Virus record (IMG/VR): IMGVR_UViG_3300004241_000313
Location: 1 to 37,780 of that record
Direction: 5' to 3' (one strand)
Origin: a virus
Taxonomy: Duplodnaviria > Caudoviricetes
DNA: 37,780 nucleotides
Under the pieces are notes generated by a model. It ran no database searches. It saw only the letters and a program-made list of their open reading frames with translations, and had not been told where the DNA came from. The translations under genes were made by a program, and so were the position numbers. This document shows, in pieces, positions 28,530 to 35,650 of the stretch. The stretch's first letter is position 1; each line of letters begins with the position of its first letter.

Positions 28530-28613
28530 AATTATTGTAAACCTTTATTGCATAAATATTCCAGCAGTTTTGTTTGCGATAAAATATTTTTGTTGCAAGT
28601 AGTTGGGGTAGTA

Positions 28614-29474
28614 ATGGCAATAAAAGATAAAACAATTGAATTATTAATAAAAGGCAACGGGTTAAAAGTTGCTAAAATATCAATGGAAGATATTATAGCT
28701 TACATTGGCGAACGCCGTCATGTAAAAGACATTCAAGATATTGAAAAGTTAAACTCGCCTGCTGTTTACTTGCTTTTAGACACCCTAACAGTAAAAGAAG
28801 ACCGAAAAAAATTATACATTGGAAAGTCTGATAACGTTGCAAAAAGATTCATTGATCATGATTATAATAAAAAAGAATGGCAAAATTTTATAATTTTCAC
28901 AGGGCAAGATATTGATAACGCACACACTGAATATTTAGAAAAAAGAATGTGCGAAGTCGCAGGTAAAAACACAACTACCGTTGATTTAATGAATAAGCAA
29001 TGTCCTAATAAAGGTTCTAAATTATCCGAAAACAAGCAGGTGCAATCTGAAATTTTCTTTGAAAAAATGTTATTTATTCTGAATAATTTAGGTCTCGTGG
29101 ATATATTAACTACTGAAGAGAAGCAAGAAGTTATAGACGATAATATTTTTTATATGAATCTTAAAAAAGCAAATAAAGATAAAACCGCAAGATTAATTGT
29201 AGAAGATGGAAAATATATTTTATTAAAAAATTCATACATTGAAAAAGAAGCAACAAAAAGCTTTCCAACTGTATCCACATTTAATCAATGGAGTAAAATT
29301 ATTAATAGCGAATTGGTTAAAAAAGAAGATAGTTCATGCAAAATACTAGAAGATATATATTTCAAATCGCCTTCTGCTGCTTCAGATGTCGTAAAAGCGA
29401 CAAGCACGAATGGTCGAATTGAATGGAAATTACAAGACGGCACTACTCTTGGTGAATACGAAAATAGAGCTTAA
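28614..29474 (+). CDS. GIY-YIG nuclease with DUF4357-like C-terminal domain
   Basis: PAVYLL...LYIGKS....RF..H, YLE, and F.SPSAA..V.....NG...WK motifs. Confidence 0.82.
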   Translation: MAIKDKTIELLIKGNGLKVAKISMEDIIAYIGERRHVKDIQDIEKLNSPAVYLLLDTLTVKEDRKKLYIGKSDNVAKRFIDHDYNKKEWQNFIIFTGQDIDNAHTEYLEKRMCEVAGKNTTTVDLMNKQCPNKGSKLSENKQVQSEIFFEKMLFILNNLGLVDILTTEEKQEVIDDNIFYMNLKKANKDKTARLIVEDGKYILLKNSYIEKEATKSFPTVSTFNQWSKIINSELVKKEDSSCKILEDIYFKSPSAASDVVKATSTNGRIEWKLQDGTTLGEYENRA

Positions 29475-29956
29475 TAGTGTTTTTTTCTGTGGCATTTACA
29501 CTCGGGGTTCAAGCATTGTCCGTTTTTTAAGTTTAAAATTGCAGGCGTTACATATTCAACATCAAAATTGTGCTTTAATGCAAGGGCCTTTACCCTATTA
29601 TAATAAACCATCTGCTTTTGAGGGTTTTCCAAAATTAGTACGACTTTAGCTTTTTTGCCTATCATCAATTGATAATGCAAAGCCTGCCCGATACTTTCTG
29701 CCCATTTATTTGCGAAATCGAATTCAACTGCGTTTGTCGCCGTTAAGCAGTCGACCCTCGTAAAATCCTTATTCTCATACTCAGTAACTCCACCGTGAGC
29801 ACTACACCAAGCATTTTGATAAGACGCTTCATTGTGTTGGTGTTTTACGAATTTATACCCATCGCCGGTTGTGCCGTAATCAAATGTACCTGCATAAGCA
29901 CAGCTGATGTTTAAGCAAATAATTGTAAATATACATATTCTGTTTCTAATATTCAT
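29471..29956 (-). CDS. Signal-peptide-bearing protein with PD-(D/E)xK-like fold
   Basis: Hydrophobic N-terminus ending AYA; E..YQ, RVDCLT...VEFD...WAESIGQALHY pattern. Confidence 0.6.
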   Translation of the reverse strand: MNIRNRICIFTIICLNISCAYAGTFDYGTTGDGYKFVKHQHNEASYQNAWCSAHGGVTEYENKDFTRVDCLTATNAVEFDFANKWAESIGQALHYQLMIGKKAKVVLILENPQKQMVYYNRVKALALKHNFDVEYVTPAILNLKNGQCLNPECKCHRKKHY

Positions 29957-30088
29957 ATTTGGAAGTTTTTTCCTTATCTGCCATTATCGCAGCACTGTAT
30001 GTCAAAATCGGACATCTTGAAAAATAAAACTTTTTAATTAGGTTGCTGTGGCGATCTATTAAATCTAATTTAGCACTAAAATTAATAT

Positions 30089-30370
30089 ATGCAAGAACCT
30101 GTGAATAATAACAATATCAAGATGGTTAAGACACTTGGTGAAATAATTAAAAGCCATAGAGAAGCAAAAAATAAAACAATCTATGGAATTTCTGCTGAAA
30201 GTTCAATGTCCAAATCAACATGGAGAGAAGCTGAACTTGGTGCTTGCAATGATATTAACCTGACAACACTTTGGAAAATAGCTGAAGGTCTTGAGGTTAC
30301 TCCTGCAAGTTTGTTAACAGAATTGAGAGAAAAACTTGGTGAAGATTTTTCTCTAACCGGTTTAGATTAA
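30089..30370 (+). CDS. XRE-family HTH regulator
   Basis: LG..IK..RE, E.G...INLTTLWKIAEGLEV. Confidence 0.82.
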   Translation: MQEPVNNNNIKMVKTLGEIIKSHREAKNKTIYGISAESSMSKSTWREAELGACNDINLTTLWKIAEGLEVTPASLLTELREKLGEDFSLTGLD

Positions 30371-30684
30371 TCGTTCCTTTTCCTTGCTATCCGATAAATA
30401 TAGCCTTCTGATAAGTCACACATCTTCGCAAGTTCATAGCGAGATTTTTTAGAGCCGTCATAGTGTTTTTTGACATAATCGATTTTTGCCTGCAAGGTTG
30501 CATTTTTAGGTACAGAAATAATAATCCCCGGAAGTTCGCACATCATTTTTATGGTTGCATCAAGTCCGATAATCGCAGCCATAATTTTTAAATCCTCATT
30601 GGGAAGATTTTCTATTGTGATATTTTGTATCCATGGTTTATTGAAATCCAATAATTTATCCTCACAATTTTGAAACGATCTCAT
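30367..30684 (-). CDS. Mor/C-family transcription activator
   Basis: LP..L..MA.IIG.DA..K......G..ISVPK...YDG.....LA....LSE.YIYRI; alternative TTG start at ~30651. Confidence 0.85.
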   Translation of the reverse strand: MRSFQNCEDKLLDFNKPWIQNITIENLPNEDLKIMAAIIGLDATIKMMCELPGIIISVPKNATLQAKIDYVKKHYDGSKKSRYELAKMCDLSEGYIYRIARKRND

Positions 30685-30705
30685 CAGTTAACGCATAACG
30701 TTAAG

Positions 30706-30735
30706 ACAAGAGGCTTGCAGATGTCAGCCTCTTGT
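30706..30735 (-). terminator. Hairpin (terminator/attenuator) upstream of mor-like gene
   Basis: Perfect 10 bp stem ACAAGAGGCT/AGCCTCTTGT, 10 nt loop, weak U tail. Confidence 0.6.
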
Positions 30736-30741
30736 TTCGAT

Positions 30742-30987
30742 CTATGCTGACATTAATGCCATTTTGCCTGCACTAATTAAAGGAATCTCCTTTATTATTT
30801 TTCTTAAAATGGCAATTTGAGCCTCTAGCATTTTGCAGGTCATTTTGCGTTCATATTTACATTGCCAATCGTTTTCGTCAAGAGAACTGTTTGCAAAATC
30901 GATTTTGGCAGCTAATAAATCTGACTCTAAAGTTGCAATTTCTGTGTGCATCATTTCTACGACTACAAGTTGTCTGTTGGTTTCCAT
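30742..30987 (-). CDS. Hypothetical phage protein
   Basis: AAGGAG RBS; in early operon orientation. Confidence 0.7.
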   Translation of the reverse strand: METNRQLVVVEMMHTEIATLESDLLAAKIDFANSSLDENDWQCKYERKMTCKMLEAQIAILRKIIKEIPLISAGKMALMSA

Positions 30988-31014
30988 TGTTTTTCTCCTT
31001 TTCTTTTATCTACA

Positions 31015-31055
31015 TTTTAAAAGCCGTTTAAAGGGCTTTTAAATACTTTTTAACT
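31015..31055. repeat. Phased TTAAA array, exact 11 bp period
   Basis: TTAAA at 31017, 31028 and 31039, TTAAC at 31050. Confidence 0.7.
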
Positions 31056-31462
31056 TTAATCTTTTCCAAAACTGCGATGATTTTTCCTGCTTTGATTTTT
31101 GTAATGAATCGAATGTCCTCAATGTGGAACTGTTTTTTGATGAATTTTCTCAAAGATTTTTTGGCAGAATCTTTGTCTGTAAATGTATGCATATCTTTCC
31201 ATACAACTTCTATCTTTCTAAGCTGTGCCGGCGTTGCCATTGCGCTGTCCCTGGATTTAAAATCATCGTATTTTTTGTGACTATTTCCTTTGAGGCTAAC
31301 TTTATCTTCAAGAATTTCTATAAGTATTTGAGCTTCAGTTTCGGTCAGGTTTTTAGAACTACCAACGCCGAAACTTGCAAGCATATCTCTGTAAAGTTCC
31401 TCTTCCAATCCAAGGATATTTTTCAAAGTATGGATTTTTTTAATTTGAGTAAAATTGCTCAT
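31028..31462 (-). CDS. GemA/gp16-like (DUF1018) regulatory protein
   Basis: QIKKIH.LK..LGL.EE.YR.ML...GV.SSK.LT..EA, Q.RKI...W, L..FIK. Confidence 0.85.
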   Translation of the reverse strand: MSNFTQIKKIHTLKNILGLEEELYRDMLASFGVGSSKNLTETEAQILIEILEDKVSLKGNSHKKYDDFKSRDSAMATPAQLRKIEVVWKDMHTFTDKDSAKKSLRKFIKKQFHIEDIRFITKIKAGKIIAVLEKIKVKKYLKAL

Positions 31463-31583
31463 AATAGCCCTCCGCTTGTAGTTTTCGACCTTGATGAATT
31501 CCGCACTGAACGCCTAAAGCAAAGATTGCTAAAACTATCAGGGAAATATATAGTATTTTTTCGCTTTTTGAATATTCTTCCAT
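31440..31583 (-). CDS. Small membrane protein, 47 aa (not in ORF track)
   Basis: MEEYSKSEKILYISLIVLAIFALGVQCGIHQGRKLQAEGYYEQFYSN; GAGG RBS; fills the gap between MuB and gemA. Confidence 0.6.
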   Translation of the reverse strand: MEEYSKSEKILYISLIVLAIFALGVQCGIHQGRKLQAEGYYEQFYSN

Positions 31584-31590
31584 CTCGCCC

Positions 31591-32469
31591 TCACACTATT
31601 ATTTGGCTGATACTAGCCTGCAAAACATCCTCATTCACTTCCATATTGTTAATTTCTGCAATACGGATTGCTCTGACCAATAATTTGGTCAGAACTCTCG
31701 TATTACCTGAACAATATTCAGATAGGGTAGTGTATATTGATTTGTAGTTAGGGAGGATGGAGGATATTATTGCTTTTTTGTCTTCTTCGACCAGTGAATT
31801 TAGGCGAATAGATATTCCAACTCTAGAGAAAAGCTGTGCGTATTGCCTTTTTTCACCTTTTAAATTCATAATCAAACGAGGCATTCCGACAAGTAAAATT
31901 CCTACTTGCGCCTTGTCGTAAATTCTTCTCAAAAGCTCTAGCGACTTATATGGCAGGTGTTCCGCTTCATCAATAATTATTAGACGGCCCGAAGATTTTA
32001 GCTTATTGATTATGTCCAAAAACATTCCGTGGATTGTGCCACAGCCGTCAAAGCCAAGTTTTTTGTGAATTTCTGAGAATAAAACTTTTGGAGTGTAGCC
32101 CAAATCCGCTTCTACAAAAATGACATCGGTATTATCAATCGCATATTTTTTGACCGCATAAGTTTTACCTATTCCTGCATCGCCGCAACAAACTCCAATT
32201 TCATTTTCAACGTGGCAGGTTTTTGCAATGTCGAAAACATCATCAACGATGGTTGTTCGGACAAAATCAACCTTAATCCTGCCTTCTCTCAATTTTTCAA
32301 TTTCAAGAAAATTTGCAACAGCATCATCAATCTTTTTCACGTTGCCTTTATAATTACTGTTCATCCATAGGTGCAAAGTCGCATTTGAAACATTTATAGC
32401 CTTTGCAGCGTATGCCACAGTATATTTTTTCTTCTTTAATAATTCTTTTAATTCTTCAATTAAACTCAT
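31591..32469 (-). CDS. MuB-like transposition AAA+ ATPase
   Basis: N-terminal HTH, GDAGIGKT Walker A, LIIIDEAEHL Walker B, LRRIYD, QLFSRVG. Confidence 0.93.
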   Translation of the reverse strand: MSLIEELKELLKKKKYTVAYAAKAINVSNATLHLWMNSNYKGNVKKIDDAVANFLEIEKLREGRIKVDFVRTTIVDDVFDIAKTCHVENEIGVCCGDAGIGKTYAVKKYAIDNTDVIFVEADLGYTPKVLFSEIHKKLGFDGCGTIHGMFLDIINKLKSSGRLIIIDEAEHLPYKSLELLRRIYDKAQVGILLVGMPRLIMNLKGEKRQYAQLFSRVGISIRLNSLVEEDKKAIISSILPNYKSIYTTLSEYCSGNTRVLTKLLVRAIRIAEINNMEVNEDVLQASISQIIV

Positions 32470-32477
32470 TTTTCCTC

Positions 32478-34445
32478 CTACATAGCCCTTTTGGCAATAT
32501 CACGCTTTTTCTCGGTTTCAGTGAGATACAGCTTCTGTTTTTCTTTTATTGGCGTGACATACTTTTCAGCCCTAAAAGTAGATTGTTTGTTGCTTTTGAC
32601 AACCTTATCCATTTTGGTATTTGTAATTTTTGAAATTTTAGGATTATTTTCAAAGTTCGTTTGAGGTAATCCGTTTTTCAAATTGTTCACAATCTCAGCA
32701 TTTGTCGGGCTATACTTACATTTGATGTATGATTTTAAAAGTTTCTTTTCTTTGTTTTTAGCCTCAACTGCCTTTTTATACTGAGCTTTTTCAATATTCG
32801 TTTTTGCCATAAATGATACGGCTTGGTTGACATTCGCATTACCCAAAAATTCTTCTGTAGCCGCATCAAATACCCAAGCTTCTTGATAAGCGTTTATATC
32901 TCTTCTCAGGTAAACCTTTTTGCCCTTTTGAGCAATCATCCACTCATCCCAATATGTAAGCTGAAGTTGTGAGTCATACACGCCATTTCTGCCAATTGAA
33001 ACATCTTTTGAAGTTCGCATACAGAAAAGTTTTAGAGCATCTTTGCTGATTATTTTCTTTACTGAATACTCTTCAGACCATAATTCGTCAGGACATTTAC
33101 CCTGCAAGACCTTACCGTTTGATGGCATTTTATTCAGAACATTGAGGACAAAATCGTCAAACAAGGTTTTGAAATCCTCAAACGGCATAATTTGCTCGTT
33201 TTTGATTTCTGTTTTTAACTTCTCAGGTCTTTCAGTAATTTTTCCGCCACGGTAACCGACCATATGTTTTGAAAGGTATGTTTTTACCTTCAAAAAATCC
33301 CTTTCAATAGGCTTTGTTTGTGCGTTGTACGGCAGGGCAAAATGTACATTTATACCTAAATTTTTCAGTAAAGAATTCTCTTTTGATGCGTTGTGCAAAA
33401 CCTTGATTGAACCGCTTCTTCCGCCTGCAAAATCTTTGCAGCGATAGTCTTTACCGTTATCAAGATAAATATCAACAGGTAGCCCGAATAGTAAAACGCC
33501 GTAATAGAAAGCTTGAAAAATATGGTCAGAATTTGGGCTTTCGGCATGCAAAAACCACCCTAACCATTTTGAAGATTTAATATCTCTAAAAACTGTCACC
33601 CACGGGAAACATACGCTACCGTTAAAATTAACGGCGACGTCAATTTGTGCGTGATCCGAAACCCAAAAGTTTCCGGCAGTGATGTTTGAATAATCTCTTG
33701 GGATATATGATGCATACTTTTTATTCCAAGCCGCTTCACCGCATCTTGCAAGGTAAATAGCTTGCTCGGGGACATCTTTTCTTAACATTCTGATAAAAGA
33801 CTTAGAACTTGGAAAGTTTTTAATATCAATATTACAGGTTTCTTTTGCAAAACCTAATGTCATTATCCACGCCGATTGAGCTGATGGCGCACCTTCTTTT
33901 AAGTAAAGACTTTTAAAATAGTCAAAATGTTCAGTGTCTATTTTAAAGCAACCTTTTCTGTGTCCATATTTACTCAGTAGTGCTTCAATGCCGCTCTTTT
34001 CATATTTCCTTTTTGCTTCCATCAAAGTAGAATAGGCAGTTTTCCGCTCAGGATATTTTTCATTCCACTTTGCTATAAAATCTTGTGTTTCCTTGTATGT
34101 CAGTTTTTCGGTCAAACTGAACAGTTCAAGATATTTTTCTGCTTGTTTTCTTGCCCACGCAGGAGCGTTTGAATATTCTTCTAGCGAACAACTTACGTCT
34201 ACCGCAGGAGTTGAAACTACTTCATTTTTATTTTTTGATTTTAAATATGTTTTTTGAAGTTCATCTTTTAGCGAAGATAAAGCAACGTAATAATGTTTAA
34301 ATTTGCCGATTTTTTTAAAAGTAGAAACAAGCTCGCCAGCTTTGCATTTGCGTCTGATAGTTTCCTTTTTATCGCCGGATAAATCGCAAACCTCTTCAAT
34401 TGTTAGCCATATCTCTTTATCTTCCTGCATTGAACTTCGCTCCAT
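32478..34445 (-). CDS. MuA-like DDE transposase
   Basis: N-terminal HTH; catalytic WVSDH, YLDNGKDY, KPIERDF; Mu-transposase C-terminal region; alternative start 34430. Confidence 0.95.
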   Translation of the reverse strand: MERSSMQEDKEIWLTIEEVCDLSGDKKETIRRKCKAGELVSTFKKIGKFKHYYVALSSLKDELQKTYLKSKNKNEVVSTPAVDVSCSLEEYSNAPAWARKQAEKYLELFSLTEKLTYKETQDFIAKWNEKYPERKTAYSTLMEAKRKYEKSGIEALLSKYGHRKGCFKIDTEHFDYFKSLYLKEGAPSAQSAWIMTLGFAKETCNIDIKNFPSSKSFIRMLRKDVPEQAIYLARCGEAAWNKKYASYIPRDYSNITAGNFWVSDHAQIDVAVNFNGSVCFPWVTVFRDIKSSKWLGWFLHAESPNSDHIFQAFYYGVLLFGLPVDIYLDNGKDYRCKDFAGGRSGSIKVLHNASKENSLLKNLGINVHFALPYNAQTKPIERDFLKVKTYLSKHMVGYRGGKITERPEKLKTEIKNEQIMPFEDFKTLFDDFVLNVLNKMPSNGKVLQGKCPDELWSEEYSVKKIISKDALKLFCMRTSKDVSIGRNGVYDSQLQLTYWDEWMIAQKGKKVYLRRDINAYQEAWVFDAATEEFLGNANVNQAVSFMAKTNIEKAQYKKAVEAKNKEKKLLKSYIKCKYSPTNAEIVNNLKNGLPQTNFENNPKISKITNTKMDKVVKSNKQSTFRAEKYVTPIKEKQKLYLTETEKKRDIAKRAM

Positions 34446-34629
34446 TCAAATCATCAAGATAGACATTGTCTTTTAGCCAGTTATCAAATTTCTCATTAGT
34501 TCTTTGTCCTGAAATTAGCATACTGATGTAGCTTTCAGAAAAGCCTAAAATATTTGCAGCTTCACGTTGGGTTATACCAATTCTCATAAGAGCTATTTTA
34601 TATTTCATACTGATAAAATTTTTACTCAT
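34417..34629 (-). CDS. Ner/Cro-like HTH regulator
   Basis: ITQREAANILGFSESYISMLISG; first early gene, divergent from repressor. Confidence 0.82.
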   Translation of the reverse strand: MSKNFISMKYKIALMRIGITQREAANILGFSESYISMLISGQRTNEKFDNWLKDNVYLDDLNGAKFNAGR

Positions 34630-34878
34630 TTCCCCTACTCGATTTTTCTTACTGCACGATATTACATAGAGTATGATAAATTGTGCGGACGGTCAAGAGA
34701 AATTAGTAAACTGTGAAACTCTTTACAAAAAGACTAGAGTTGCTAAACCCCTCAAAATTAATAATTATCTCGCATTGACATATTGTGCAATAGTTAAGAA
34801 TTATTACACGATACTTCATAGAAGGGTTGAAGTTTTGTGCGAGTTGTGAAATACTTTACAATAAAAAGGAATGTGTAA
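34630..34878. promoter_or_regulatory. Lysis/lysogeny switch region with repeated operator-like sites
   Basis: Leftward TTGACC-17-TACTCT (34696-34668); TTGACA at 34775; two TGTGA-N6-TTACA sites (34712, 34845); two CACGATAnTnCATAGA copies. Confidence 0.7.
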
Positions 34879-35577
34879 ATGTCAAACTTACAATCAAGAA
34901 TTAAAAAAGTTAGAACTGAACATGGAATGTCCGTGGAAGACGTTGCTAAAAAACTTGCAGAAAACGGCGTTAAAATTTCTGCTAGGACTATCTATTCCTA
35001 TGAATTAAACGAAAGACAGCCAAGTGTAATGTACCTACAAGCACTTGTCGATTATTTAGAAGTTAATCCTGAATGGCTTTTAAGTGGCAGGGGCGAAGTT
35101 TTTCCATCAGAAACAACCGCAACTGATATGCCTGCAAATGCTGATTTATCGCAAATGGTATTTTTGCCTTTGATAAATATGGCTGCGTCCGCAGGATATG
35201 GAGCACTGATTGAAGAACGAGAAATGACAAAAGATTTTATTGCTTTTGCAAAGAAATGGCTAACTGATATAACCGTAACTGCACCAAAGCACCTTTTAGC
35301 TTTCACTGTTAAAGGAAATTCAATGGCAGGCGAAATCAATGACGGCGACTTGATTATCGTGAATGACACAATGAATGATTTAGCCAATGACGGAACCTAT
35401 GTCGTAAGTATTGACGATAAACTATACGTTAAACTCCTGCAACGAATCCCAGGAAACAAAGTTCAGGTAGTGAGCAAAAACCAAGAATACTCACCGTTCA
35501 CGGTAGACCTTGAAACCGAGCACTTCAGAATCATCGGCAAGGTCATCTGGTCAGGTGGAAAGAAAGATAGATATTAG
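34879..35577 (+). CDS. CI/LexA-like repressor (XRE HTH + S24 peptidase)
   Basis: HTH with YE.NERQPS, VNPEWLLSG; ASAG cleavage site, GNSM Ser, YVK Lys. Confidence 0.93.
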   Translation: MSNLQSRIKKVRTEHGMSVEDVAKKLAENGVKISARTIYSYELNERQPSVMYLQALVDYLEVNPEWLLSGRGEVFPSETTATDMPANADLSQMVFLPLINMAASAGYGALIEEREMTKDFIAFAKKWLTDITVTAPKHLLAFTVKGNSMAGEINDGDLIIVNDTMNDLANDGTYVVSIDDKLYVKLLQRIPGNKVQVVSKNQEYSPFTVDLETEHFRIIGKVIWSGGKKDRY

Positions 35578-35650
35578 GATATTTTGCATAAATTTTTATG
35601 GTAAAGTGATTATATAAATAAAAGTAATATTATAAAATAGGACAGCATAA

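Larger units (their letters stand above)
1..35577. mobile_element. Mu-like (transposable) prophage with P2-type contractile tail; ends not located, extends beyond the left edge
   Basis: MuA DDE transposase, MuB ATPase, repressor/ner switch, gemA, mor, Mu gp28/gp29/gpF/gpG/gpI/gp36/gp37-like genes and a full sheath-tube-baseplate set. Confidence 0.95.

Noticed and set aside
28159-28635. Overlapping ORFs 28159-28485 (+) and 28240-28635 (-)
   Set aside because: By-products of the tandem repeat gene.
31124-31747. 207 aa plus-strand ORF
   Set aside because: Antisense shadow of gemA, the small membrane gene and MuB; no recognisable motifs or RBS.
35578-35650. Possible Mu left end (TG...CA with transposase binding repeats)
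   Set aside because: No convincing repeated MuA sites were seen and the other end is outside the window, so the boundary cannot be called.
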